DNA of 64,000 nucleotides from Octopus vulgaris. Taxonomy: Eukaryota. Within the stretch, counting starts at the first letter, position 1. Every line of letters starts with the position of its first letter. Below, in pieces: positions 1 through 12,308 of this stretch. The position numbers and the translations under genes were made by a program. The notes under the pieces are model-generated. The model searched no databases, was not told where the DNA came from, and saw only the letters and a program-made list of their open reading frames with translations. The stretch covers positions 50,220,001 through 50,284,000 of the forward strand of contig OX597823.1 of the NCBI GenBank assembly GCA_951406725.2. Direction: 5' to 3'.

Positions 1-25
1 CACTTCAATCCATCCTCCATCCATT

Positions 26-161
26 CATACATACATATATACATACATACATTCATCCATCCATACATACATACATACATACATACATACATACATACAT
101 ACATACACACACACACATACATACATACATACATACACACATACATACATCATACATACAT

Positions 162-192
<31 letters not shown>

Positions 193-232
193 TACATACA
201 TACATACATACATACATACATACATACATACA

Positions 233-262
<30 letters not shown>
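26..262. repeat. (CATA)n/(CA)n microsatellite
   Basis: Direct tandem CATA units; explains the MYVC-repeat ORFs. Confidence 0.98.
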
Positions 263-263
<1 letters not shown>

Positions 264-296
264 GTACAGTAGAGAGAAAGAATCAACATAACAACA

Positions 297-563
297 TTTT
301 TTTTCTTTTTTCTTTTTTCTTGTTTTTTTTTTTCTTTTTTGTTAAAACTAACGATGCCTCGCTCAGGGCATTGACACGTGACACATACAACCAGAGATGA
401 AACAGGGCTTTTTGGGGGGAACTAAGAGTACGTAAAGGTCTATATGTCGGAGGTTAGGAAGAAGAGGGTAGACGTACTAAGCTCCCCCTCCCTTCCGTTA
501 TCTGAAAAAGTAGGGGAACATTGTCTTCCTGCGTAGCAACCTCATTTCGTTCACTGTTTACAT
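297..563 (-). mobile_element. Probable 3' end of a non-LTR retrotransposon with A-rich tail
   Basis: T-rich tract 297-341 (poly-A on the minus strand) next to a GC-richer 3'UTR-like segment; family not identifiable. Confidence 0.4.
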
Positions 564-609
564 TATTATTTGCTATAAATAAACTCCAAGAAACTGGGAT
601 TGTATGCTT

Positions 610-836
610 CTCTTTTTCGACTTGTTTCAGTCATTGGACTGCGGCCATGCTGGGGCACCGTCATGACTGAAGGGGTTTTAGTCGAACGAATCGATTTCAG
701 TGCTTGTTTGTTTGTTTGTTTGTTTGTTTTTGTTACCTGGTACTTATTCCATAGGTCTCTTACCGGACCGCTATGTTGTGGTGACGTAAACAAACCGATA
801 CCGGATGCGAAGCTGTGGTGGAGGACAAACAACACA

Positions 837-884
<48 letters not shown>
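610..884 (-). mobile_element. SINE family A, 3' half
   Basis: cttgtttcagtcattggactgcggccatgctggggcacc... matches the reverse complement of the family A tail seen in the intact copies at 50914 and 54225. Confidence 0.85.
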
Positions 885-885
<1 letters not shown>

Positions 886-1339
886 AAACATATGTGTGCG
901 TGCGGTGTGTTTGTGTATGTGCGCGTGCGGTGTATGTGTGTTTGTGTGTGTAGGTGCGCGTGCGGTGTGTGTGTGTGTGTGTGTAGGTGCGCGTGCGGTG
1001 TGTGTGCGTGTGTGTGTGTGTGTGTGATATGAGAGCAGTGGAATCGAACTTCCTCATACATCAAATGGGCTAACTGCTGGGACAAAGGCACATGCAGGAG
1101 TGATGATGTGAAAAAATTCCAGCCTGAGGAAAGCAGCAAAACCACGATTGTGCTCCAGCATAACCGCAGTTACATGGTTGAAACAAACAAAAGAATAAAA
1201 GAATACATGTACACATAATACTGTAGTAGAATCGATCGATTATGGTATAAGCAGTTGGCAAGAATCTAGCATAAACAAGACATATTTAGAAAGCTGATTA
1301 GCCAATTCATCAGATATACTTCGTACAATATCGGAATTA

Positions 1340-1760
1340 GGTAGAAAATTATGTACTATAAGATGACAAATGTTATATACACTTCCAGTTCGAAAGCAGC
1401 AAATGCTGCTTGTTATGCAATAACTAAGTCTGTAAATGAAGAGAATGGAAGAAGTAGTTAAGTACTACACCTGTTTCATTAGGGGCACTGGGTGTATATT
1501 ATGCAACATTATGTTACATGGCTATCAAGTGTCCTTTCTGATCGGAGACATTTGGCTATCTTATTGGAAATTATTTGCCATAAGGAATTAAGCAAAGCAA
1601 AAAATGGGATCAGTAAAGAGCCAATCACGTGCCCTACTTACAGATTACCACAGAGAGATAGATTGGAGTGTAGTTTCAAGGAGATCATTTGGTTATCTAT
1701 ACAATCAAATTTATGGTGCGGCCATAGAAGGTTCTAATTTGATTAATGTTTTCAGTATCT
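1340..1760 (+). mobile_element. Highly decayed Tx1/L1-type LINE ORF2 3' region (zf-RVT area)
   Basis: Encodes TLPVRK and VLHLF remnants, resembling ALPVRDKL and ETVLHAI in the LINE at 23947-24306; many stops. Confidence 0.4.
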
Positions 1761-2184
1761 GGTTTTACTGTTCCTCATGCATCATGGGATGTTTATTACT
1801 AAGGAAATATAATGTATGCAATAAAACTAAGAGGAGGCGGGAAGAAGGAGTAAAAGTACTAAATAAAGTCACGCTTGGAAATGACGTGCATATACACACA
1901 CATGTATACACACGTCCACACATACATAAATATATGCAAATGCATATACATACATACATACACACTCATACACATACATACACACATACATAACGCATGT
2001 ACACATATACAGAGATATATAAAAAGTTAAATAAGATTCGAGTAAAAGCCTTGTATTACGCTATGCAAAGCTCGTCCACACTTATTGGCTATCTGATGTT
2101 ATCATACAGTGGAAAGGCTCTTAGTACAGGATATACATCAAGAATTACATAGTATCCGCAGAGCTTATGTAAATAGATTTCCTG

Positions 2185-2521
2185 GGACCCCCTTCGGTCA
2201 TGACACTGACCATGGGCTTGCACCTAGAAAGTTACCCTCCTAGTCACAAGTCTGGGCAAGGTGGTTTATGGAAGACCAGCAGTCGCCCATGCATACCGGC
2301 CTCCCCTCTCCACGCCACCAGTGTTATCCAAGGGAAAGGCAAAGGGGCCGATACAGCTTGGCACCTGTGACGTCGCAACTCATTTCTACAGCTAAGTGAA
2401 CTGGAGCAACGTGAAATAAAGTGTCTTGCTCAAGAACGCAACACGCAGCCCGGTCCGGTATTCGAGCTCACAACCTCACGATTGTAAGCTCGACGCTCTA
2501 ACCACTGAGCCATGTGCCTTT
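2185..2521 (-). mobile_element. SINE family C (tRNA-derived head), tail type 1
   Basis: Minus strand reads a tRNA-like head with A box TGGCTCAGTGG and a B-box-like GCTCGAATACC, then gcgttcttgagcaagacact. Near-identical to the copies at 27179 and 43888. Confidence 0.9.
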
Positions 2522-3120
2522 ACTACAAAGTAAATAGATAAATAGTAGAAAATTGATTGAACGACGTTCTTTATTTTAAATAATTAAAATTGTTCCAACA
2601 CGTTTTCACATTCGCAACATACTGCTGAAATGATATCATTAATATAGATATACTTGCTACACACGCATATACTCACAAAAATATACACACATACATACAT
2701 ACACACTTCGATGTAAATATTTACAAAGGAATGTATCAGAACATATGCTAGTATAAAATTATATTCTTGAATACTTCCGTAAGTATACACGAACGTACGC
2801 TAAAGGATCATTGAATGTAATGGCAGAAAACATTAAGCCATAAAAAAAAACCCCGAAATGTTACGAGTTAACAAAGTTAAATTGTTACAGAGAGCATAAG
2901 TATATACACACAAAAAAGACATACATCTGCATATATGTACGTGTAACGATCGTTTGAAGTATAGCAAGAAAAAACAGGAAAGCATATCATATATTGTATG
3001 GGTTAAGGTAAAACGGGAAACAAGTCTTATGCAACGATGAACCATGTGTGAAAAGAAAGAAAAATTATGAAGATACACTCACCTACATGGGTACATAAAT
3101 ATGTGAAGATTAAAGATATA

Positions 3121-3517
3121 TCTTCATATATAAAAGTGAAGTTGTGTGTCTGTCTCCTACGATTTAGATTCCTAACTACTCCCACATTTTGCGGTGCAGT
3201 TTAACCAAAACCGGGTATCTTATAGTCGTCATTCATATCGAGCCCTTCTGGGTATTAGCGCGCGTCTACGATGAGTCTACGATTAAAAAAAAAATTACCA
3301 TCATTTTTTTCCATTTTAATGCATTTTTTCGCTATAATATAAGGGAAGTAACTCTCTAAAAATGTCTACGATGAGTCAACGATTTAAAAAAAAATTACCA
3401 TATTTTTTTTTCCATTTTTAATGCATTTTTTTGCTACTTTTTTGGCTATAACTCTCTAAAAATGCTTATATAGTTATTTCCCTTACAAACCCGAGCAACG
3501 CCGGGCGATACTGCTAG
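3121..3517 (+). mobile_element. Non-autonomous Helitron
   Basis: Starts A|TC and ends CTAG|T with no TSD; subterminal hairpin CCCGAGCAACGCCGGG; second copy at 62599-62993 (minus). Confidence 0.9.
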
Positions 3518-3833
3518 TAAATTAATAAGAAATAACATGACTCTGTAGAATGAGAAAGTAACTGACAAAAAAAAGCGATCAGGAACGAAATATATGGGAA
3601 AGTAACTATGTTTAACCACCGCGTAGTAGTAACATAGAAAGGTAATGTAGATTCGAATGGTTCGTATGCACGTTAATAAAACTAGGTGAGGAGTCTACTA
3701 GGAAAAATATTGTTGCACTAAATAACGCTAAATAGATATAGTAATATCCTAGAGGTGAGAGAAAATGAAGTACCTTAAGAAAGTATCATTTACTACAAAT
3801 TAACAGGGATTAACTAGTATTTTCGAATGGAAA

Positions 3834-5556
3834 TTAGGGTTTGTAACGGACGAAGGTATTGCGTAAACAGTGTTTGCACTTAGTTATTAGTTCATCAAAC
3901 CTCTTGATTATGCTATTTTTGCTGTTCTTATTTGTCATAATATCTTCAACGCGTAGTGAACATTTATGGTTACATTCGTTGAAGTGTTTTGCACGTTGAA
4001 TGACTGGCCATTTAATATCCTAGTCTATCAAATCCTTCTTTAATTTCCAAATTATTTTAGATAAATATGTGCTACTTGCCTTAGCTTCGGACCTAAATGC
4101 TTTATTGTGATTATGTAACCGTGACTTTAAGTCATTGAAAGAAGTACGTATGTAAATACATTTAGTCTGATTTGTAGAAACTACATATTGATTGATAATG
4201 CTGTTTAATACACACAGACAGGAAGATGCGCATTAATAATTACACAATCTATTTTCGCGTCCATGCCTTGTGTGACTCAAGTCGTTGTGTTCATCGCCGT
4301 CACTGCCTTCATTAAAAACACTGCCAGTCCTATCACCGACAGAGTTGGCAGTGTCGATGTGGTTGTGGAGTTAGTACTAGTGATATTGTGTTCATTAAGA
4401 GAGCTATCGTGTGCAGGATTTGAACCATAATCACGCCCGTTTTGTTATACGGAATGCGAATTGCGCCATGTATTAACATTCAGAATGTCGATTACCTCTC
4501 CGATTTGACCAGGATGATTTGGGTTGTATTATATCCCTTGAGGTCTGGAGTATTGTGCATGGCTTAACGTTAGCAGGATCGTCTTATCGTTTATTATTAA
4601 TCTTACGTATAGCGTCACAGCTATGTTAGAGATAGTAGAGTATGATAGTTTTACGGAGTGGGGATTAAAAATCTTCCTCTACCTGCTAGATGTAGGCAAA
4701 GTGCTTCTCTGAAGCAGTAAAAAAACAATTTCAGTAATCTAATCTGGATATTCAGGGCGGAAGGTGGATGGAACCAACTTATCTTCCTTTGTCCTCCGGT
4801 ACTCCTCCTCACCCTATAAAAAGCACTGGATTTAGGGTTTCGAGTGGTAGATCTAGGAACATCCCTAATTACTAATGGTTCGGGCATGAACCTATTAACT
4901 GATAAGTTAACAGGTTCATATTGAGCCTAATAAGTTAATGGGCTCAACAACAGGTATAATACCATGAGAGTTAAAGTGGAGGCTTTTCTTAGATTTATAA
5001 CATAGAATTTAACAGGTGAGTTTATGAAGATTAAAATGGGTATAAGTGGCCTTTTAGCTGATACGGCCGAGGAGGAGCTAGCTTATTTCGTGCTAGATGG
5101 AGATGGCGAGGACCGGGTTCCGTGACCAATGATGCAGTCAGCGGGGTAGAACAGTAGTTGTTATCCCGTGTGAAATGGCCAGGATTATCCCGAATGAATA
5201 TATACTTTATTTTTACAAAGCGCATCGCTGTAGTCGTCTGTGTACTGGTCAAAAAGGTCTGCACTAGCTAGTAGTGAAGTGATTCTATGTGACACGAGAT
5301 CGACGCTCGTATTGAAGACAGAACGAGGTTGATTGGATTGAAAGTTAAATTTTGAGTAACAGGTGAAAAGGGTCTTATTCTAATCTAAAAGGTAAGCGAT
5401 TTTAAAATTATTACTAAATGTGACGCTCAGACCTATGTTCTTAAAACATATTTTCCAATTCTTTTTATATAGCGTACAACATCACTCTTTCTACCTCCAT
5501 AGATGGGAAATAAAGTGTCGTCTCTATAAAGACTACCCCAAGAGTTGAGAGAAATT
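3834..5556 (-). mobile_element. Decayed 5'-truncated Penelope-like element (Neptune type): RT C-terminal part plus GIY-YIG endonuclease
   Basis: Manual minus-strand translation gives, in order: LYRDD (YRDD at 5517-5528), GLSVTFSNNFKIAYLLD, SNQPRSVF...YSDAL, RKISWFHPP...RKIFNPHSVKLSYSTISNI, then IYIRTSFNDLKSRLHNHNKAF...STYLSKIIWKLK...IKWPVI...ELITKCKH (GIY-YIG). Multiple stops and frameshifts. Confidence 0.88.
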
Positions 5557-6267
5557 ACTGTGTTGCCACACATACGCGCGCGCACACACAGAGACACACG
5601 TGTGTGTGTATATGCTTGTATATATGTATGTATGTTGTATGTGTGTGTGTGTATAGATATAGATATATAAAGTCCTGGGAGGGTAGAAAATAGGGTATTT
5701 TCAATGCAGTACTCAATCCTTGCTTTAGGCTATCTACACCGAAAAATCGAATCAAGAAAAATGTCGGAATTCTTCAGATGTAGAAAATCTATGTTTTACA
5801 ATGGTAAAACTGTTGTGTTAAGACAAAATTCTTTCCAACACGAAGAATAAGTAAATGTAATTTAGTATAATCAGCAAATATATGGGGTTGATAGGTTGGT
5901 GAATATTACAAAGAACCTTGGAAGTTTCTCAAGGTGATCTTGAGATAGGTTTCGTAAAGCCGAAGCTAAAGGAGAAGAATGTAGCCTTAATATATTTGTG
6001 TAAGTGCAGCTTCATCAAGCAGGTAATACGGTGGTTGGCATAATAAAGAGAGATGGGATCTACTTGATTGCTAAATTTGAGGTCAGCAGTAAGATGAAAT
6101 CCTAGTTACTATGCACGTTTGCGAAAGTAGCAGCTGATTTAAGGGGTTAACAGATATAGTCGTTCGCTTTTTTCTTTCTACTTGGCACTCCATTTCTATA
6201 TGCCTCAAAAGTGCTAAAATTTATTTAAATTTTCGAAAATGATAAATAAAAGTTGTAGAGGAAGAGT

Positions 6268-6381
6268 AGAGACCGATAGAATAAGTACTAGGCTTACAAA
6301 CAATAAGTCCTGGGGTCGATTTGCTCGACTAAAGGCGGTGCTCCAGCATGGCTTCAGTCAAATGACTGAAACAAGTAAAAG

Positions 6382-6437
<56 letters not shown>

Positions 6438-6655
6438 GTGTTTGTCTTTGTGTTTGTCCCCACCCCTCGCCATCGTTTGACAACCGATGCTGGTGTGTTT
6501 ACGTCCCCGTAACTTAGTGGTTCGGCAAAAGAAACCGACAGAATAAGTATCAAGCTTACAAAGAAAAGTCCTGGGATCGATGTCTTCGACTAAATCGCAT
6601 TAAGGCAGTGCTCCAGCATGGCCGCAGTCAAATGACTGAAACAAGTAAAAAAAAT
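6268..6655 (+). mobile_element. Two tandem SINE family A 3' halves separated by (TA)n
   Basis: gaccgatagaataagtactaggcttacaaa...cagtcaaatgactgaaacaagtaaaa occurs twice with small differences. Confidence 0.85.
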
Positions 6656-7483
6656 AAATAAATGAATGAATAAATAAATAAATAAAATAAAATACTCCGT
6701 TAAAAATATTTTTCTTTTAATCTTAATAATACTGGAAAGGATTAAAATAAAATGGCAAGTGTGGAACGAATGAATTTATCTGAAAACCTTTTAGAAATTA
6801 TTGTTTAATGATATTCCATGTAATTTAGAAAAAGAGAAACCAACATACCCCACTTACAGGTTCTATCTGTACCATGTAAGTTACAGCTCTGTTATTGTCC
6901 AACATTACCAAGAGAGCAACAGGCGGTAATGGACCTAACATCATCAGCTTTTATATCAATGGTTCTCAGCCTGGGGTGCCGACATTTTGGGGGAATGGGG
7001 CGAGATGGAATTTCAAGGGATGCGGCAGAGGATAAGTATTCACTTTATTGAATTCACTTTCAGAATAAAATTATCAATTCTCAAAAATAACTGTAGTCTA
7101 TTAAAGGCACCCAGAACTTTACTCTTCTAAATTTATTCATATTAATAATCACTAAAAGTCATTTTTGAATAAAGGTAAAATTTTCTTATTTATCGATATA
7201 AGACAATTTGGCTGTGACTATGAAGAAATGGTAAAGAATCGGTAACTAAATACCTTCTAGTATTTATTAACAAATCTTTATGTTATAAGTTTTAATCTCG
7301 CCGAAGTTAACATCATCGTTTATCCTTTTGGGTCGCTAAAGTAAAGTCCCAGTCAAGTAATGCATTCTATTTAATATTCATAGGATGCACCCTAGATGTA
7401 AATGGATGTAAATATTCATTCACCGATGAAAATTATTCTGTTTTTAATTCCAACGACTCTTTGTTCCATTGGTGCAGCATTAA

Positions 7484-7808
7484 CTGGCGCTCCGTCGCTT
7501 ACGACGTCGAGGGTTCCAGTTGATCCAATCAACGGAACAAGCGGCTTGTGAAATTAGCGCGCAAGTAGTTGAACACTCCACAGACATGCATACTCTTAAC
7601 GTAGTTCTCAGGGAGAGTCAGCGTGACTCAGGATGTGACAAGACTGGCCTTTTGAAATACAGGTACAACTCATTTTTGTCAGCTGAGTGGATTGAACCAC
7701 CGAAAAATAAAGTATTTTGCTCAAGGACACAACGCACTACCGGGAATCGAACTCACGACCTTACGATCATGAGCCGAATACGCTTATCATTAAGCTACGC
7801 GCCTTCAC
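7484..7808 (-). mobile_element. SINE family C, tail type 2
   Basis: Same tRNA-like head as other C copies; tail ends ...cgacgtcgtaagcgacggagcgcc, like the copy at 54675-54972. Confidence 0.8.
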
Positions 7809-8179
7809 TCGGTGCAGCTTGATTTCATTGGTAAAATCTATTCTCAGCAGATGCATTTACCTATCTCTGTGCTACTGCTATTTTTGTTGACAACTCACAA
7901 ATCAGCCGTGATTGAGCAGGCCAATGATCAATGACGTTCCAACCATAACATCCCCCATGTTTTTATCAGATGTAGCATATTGAATAAGACTGCATTGTCT
8001 GTTTGTCTTTTATAATTCCAGAGATTGTTTTCCAGTGCATTTGGCAATATTAAAAAGAAAAAAAGGACTGATATTGTTACAAGTGGAATTGAAACCAAGT
8101 TACTGTTCCGCAAGGTTAGGAGCTTCTCTCTACTCCTGTACTCAAGAGAAGCCATTTTTATGTCAGAGGCTGTCGGAAG

Positions 8180-8572
8180 CATTGGTTTCAATTTTGACAC
8201 ATGGCCAATAATTTCGAGGGTGGAGTAAGCCGATTACATCGACCGCAAAAGAATAGAAGGCAAGGTCGTCCTCCGCGGAATTTAGATTCAGAACGTAAAG
8301 TCGGAAGAAATACTGCTAAGCATTTTTTTCCGGCACAGTAATGATTCTGCCAGCTCGCTGCCTTACAGGCCGTCGATAATATTGGTTTCAAATTCTGACA
8401 CAAAACCAGCAATTTCAGGGGATAGGATATGTCGATTGATACTTATTTTATCAACCCCAAAAAGATAAAAGGCTAAAATCAACCTCGGTGGCATTTGAAC
8501 TCAAAAACCATAAAGACGGACAAATTGTTACCAACCATTTTGCCCGGCGTGCTAACGTTTCTGCCGGCTGTC
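8180..8572 (-). mobile_element. Two tandem older SINE family B copies
   Basis: Each has ggtttcaa(a/t)tt(t/c)tgacac...tttgaactca-like...gccagctcgc-like segments, the reverse complement of family B. Confidence 0.75.
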
Positions 8573-9399
8573 AATAATAATGATTGTTAAAATAAAGTCC
8601 GAGTCAAGTACTGAGGTGGAATTAAGATTTCTATGTTGCATCCTAGATGTGATGAAGTTATCGTCATCATTGATGTCTTTCAAGGTTGAGAAGTTGATGC
8701 TATTGAATTTATCTATATTCTAAGATGGTTGTACGAACCTATTTTTGACCTAAAAGAAAGTTGACAAGAACATAAGAATTGGAGCTCATCTAGGTCTGAT
8801 TGTTTGTCGTGGAGTTGCTTCCCTTAGTAATTATGATAGTAGGAAAAACAATAACGAAGTGAAAGATTGCTTGACGATATTAGAGAAGAGAATAGTAATA
8901 GTTACAGTTGGAAATGAAACCGGGTGGTTGACCTGTAAGGCTAGGAACTTATTTCTACTCTCCAGTATTCATCAAAGAAATCACTTTGTGAGCTAAAGGC
9001 CGCCGATAGTATTTACAGAAACGGACAGAGAAATTTAATAAAACCTGACGATATTTGAGAACAAAGAGAAGTATTTGATTAAATGGTGATGATATTTTGA
9101 GAAGTAAGTGAAGACGAATAAATCTTTTGAGTTATTATGAGTTCGACTACATCAACCGATACGGTTTGCTTTAAAGGTAAGTGAATTATCATTTGCTTGT
9201 GTTGAGTCACTAAAGGCCAACGAAAGTTATCCAGTGGTATCAGTTAGTACCAAACGAAGCAGGACTTGGAGGAGATACTGAGGTTTCTGAGTTCGAGAAC
9301 AGACCGAGGCCTTCAAAGTCCTTCAGGGTCTCCTGTAATTCGTTTTACCTGGCAGAAGTTTGTGTCATTCTCCTTATAAAGCAAAGCGAACCTCTATGT

Positions 9400-9650
9400 T
9401 AGTGGTTCTCATCCACTGTCCATACGGTCCTTGGGGGTCCACATAAGATTTGCTGTTAAAATTTATGTGCAATAAACTGGTTTTATTTCTACAATACACA
9501 AAATATTTAAACAATTTTTAAAAATACAATTCCTTATAATATCTAATTATAAAAATATAAGGGGACTTTTTTAAACGTCAAATGTTTATTAGGGTAAAGT
9601 AAAATACAAATCAAAGAGGTTCATAGGCAAAAAGTGGTTAAGAACCACTG
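9400..9650. mobile_element. hAT-type MITE
   Basis: TIRs (t)AGTGGTTCTCA...TAAGAACCACTG; perfect 8-bp TSD ctctatgt (9392-9399 and 9651-9658); related copies at 16329 and 57543. Confidence 0.9.
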
Positions 9651-9684
9651 CTCTATGTGGTCGCTCGGCTTACTAGAAATAGTA

Positions 9685-9860
9685 AGGCGACGAGCAGGCA
9701 GAAACGTTAGCGCGCCGGGCGAAATGTTTAGCGGTATTTCGTCTGCCGTTACGTTCTGAGTTCAAATTCCGCCGAGGTCGACTTTGCTTTTCATCCTTTC
9801 GGGGTCGATTAAATAAGTACCAGTTACGCACTCGGGTCGATATAATCGACTTAATCTGTT
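9685..9860 (+). mobile_element. SINE family B
   Basis: ggcgacgagcaggcagaaacgttagc...gagttcaaattccgccgaggtcgactttgc...catcctttcggggtcgat. Confidence 0.88.
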
Positions 9861-11185
9861 ACAGAAATAAGAAATAGTAGTAAGGCCTCCTTCACATTAC
9901 ACCTTAATGATATAAAAGGACACTTTGGATAATGTGGTACGGGGTGAAAAGATGGAATTGTACCTTACTAATTTTTTAGACACTTGCTTCATTAAGCAAA
10001 GCAACTTCGGTACTTGTCATGTCATCTATGCATCCTAGCCTATAACCGTTAAAGAGATAATTAACAACTTGATTAACATTTATATGGCATTTATAAAAAT
10101 TACAATGACCATGACATCGTTGTTCTGGAATATTCAAGAATAATTCTTTCAGAAAAAAGAAAAGAAAAAGATAGAAGAAAAGTGAATATTTATATTGGTT
10201 ATGTGAACACGTTTGGGTCGGTTTTTATATGAACAGACAAGCGGTAGAGATGGTTATGATATGGTATAATCATGACAAGATTGTTTACATCACGATTTTA
10301 TCGATATTGAAGTTCTATTTTCATAAGAGAAGGGAATAAATTTTACGCCTGTGATTTCCCAAGGCTTCTTAGTGGTGTAAAAGAAATACAATGATTTTAT
10401 GCATGTGGAAAACGAAACCGTTTCACCAAAATTGTCCCATATAAATCTGCTCAAACACGATTTCTTTGATTTAGTTTTTTATTGAATTAAAATATAGGCG
10501 ACGAGTTCCAGAAAATTAGTTTCAGATTCAAGCCTCAGTCCCACTACACGGGTTCGATTTACGAATAAGACCCATATCATTTCACCTACACTAGTTGTTG
10601 CTGCTTCGTGTAGAAATCTTGGCAAGCGGCATCCCAATCACCATTGCGATAACAAAGACGAACAATGGTTAAAATGTTTTGGAGCCATTTATTTTCTACT
10701 CGTACGTAACATCGTGCAGGTGTACTGCGTGTATATAGAAATGTATGGCAAGTGTACGGTAGACTACAAAATAAGACAAACTTAAATACAAAAATTATTT
10801 GAACAGGGTTCTACTGATGTTTGACTTCCTAATATACAACTTTCTTGTAACAAAGTTTGATTGCAAAATACATTCAACACGTTTATTATGAAATAACACG
10901 GTAACATGAAATAACCAAAGAAGAACATTCAGAGATGGCAACGGGTTTTCTGAGATATAGACGGACACAAAAAGGGACCCCCACCCCTTTTTCTGAAAAT
11001 AAAACAACCCCGATCACTTCCGACAAGTTGTGAAAGCTAATACTAAATAGTAATACAGTAGACTTATTGTTGGAGGTAACACCACTAATGATGTTATTAA
11101 GAGCGGCGCCTGTGTCAGTCATGGGCAAACTACGGCTTGTGGGACTTTCTGAATGTCATGCCAACGAAAAATCATTTCGAATTTT

Positions 11186-11618
11186 GGATCTTTTCGGTTT
11201 GAACGGCAGTTTTTAACATAATTTCTAGGTAACTAAAAGACTTTAAACTTCGTATACTGGTAGAATGTGTTTATAAAACATCTTTTTCTCTTGGCTTTAT
11301 TGAGAAAATTCTATGGTTTGTAAGATATTTGTTGTTTTTTTTTCTTCAATTTCTGCAATTTCAACCAATCAGTGACGTCCATTGAGTTAAAAAGCATTCT
11401 GTGCCGTATGAAAATGTCCCTCGTTTAAGAAACAGATTCGGTTTATTTACATTTGTGAAGAAAAAAAGATACCCCTGCCCCACCCCTAACCCTAACCCTA
11501 ACTAACCCTAACTCTAAAAGAAACTGAAATGCAATAGATCGATTCTAGGGTCATAAATATGAGTGACAATTTCATATGACACCGCTAGAAAAAATTGCCG
11601 TTCAAACCGAAAAGATCC
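11186..11618. mobile_element. Merlin-type MITE (GG termini, 8-bp TSD) with short internal CCCTAA repeats
   Basis: TIR GGATCTTTTCGGTTTGAACGGCA; perfect TSD cgaatttt (11178-11185 and 11619-11626); second copy at 40091. The Merlin assignment rests on GG termini plus the 8-bp TSD. Confidence 0.85.
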
Positions 11619-11744
11619 CGAATTTTTTAGTATAGCAGCTCGCCTGACGATGAACCACATCTTATGCGACCCTTCTGGAAAAAGATTGCTCTAAGTTCAC
11701 ATACAAACTATCTGAAACAGCAGGAAAGTGTATCTCCAAACTCA

Positions 11745-12260
11745 GCATTACTATCCAGTCCCGCTGCATAACACCTTGTGCAAGTGACTTCTACTGTAGT
11801 CTTCAACCGACCAAAACCTCATGAGTGGATTTGGTAGAGGGAAACCGAAAGAAGCCTGTCGTATATGTGTGTGTGTGTGTCCGCCATCGCTTGACAACCG
11901 ATGCTGGTGTGTTTATGTAACCTAGCGGTTCGGCAAAGGAGACCGATGGGATAAGTACTAAGCTTACAAAGAATAAGTCCTGGCGTTGATTTCTTTGACT
12001 AAAACCCTTTAAGGCGGTGCTCCAGTATGGCGGCAGTCAGCTGACTGAAACAAAAGAATAAAAGGATATGTGTGTGTGTGTTTGCCCCCCCCCCCCCATC
12101 ACGGCGTGATATTTGGTACTGGCTTGTTTACGTCTCCATTATCTAGCGGTTCGGCAAAAGGAACAGATAGAATAATAATTACTGGTTACGATTTGTTCCA
12201 TTAAACTCTTCATGGCAGTGCTCCAGCCTGGCCGCAATCCAACCATTTAAGTAAGTGAAA
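11745..12260 (+). mobile_element. SINE family A copy plus a second partial 3' half
   Basis: caccttgtgcaagtgacttctac...gagtggatttggtag...(TG)n...cgcttgacaaccgatgctgg...tail. Confidence 0.8.
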
Positions 12261-12264
12261 AATA

Positions 12265-12308
<44 letters not shown>

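Noticed and set aside
25-1145. ORFs such as MYVCMYVC, CVCVCV, HTHTHT and YIYIYI here and throughout the window
   Set aside because: They are translations of stop-free microsatellites, with no coding signal.
2440-2521. tRNA-like sequences at SINE heads (also 14772, 27440, 44050, 50914)
   Set aside because: They have A/B boxes but no complete cloverleaf or acceptor stem and run into SINE bodies, so they are not tRNA genes.
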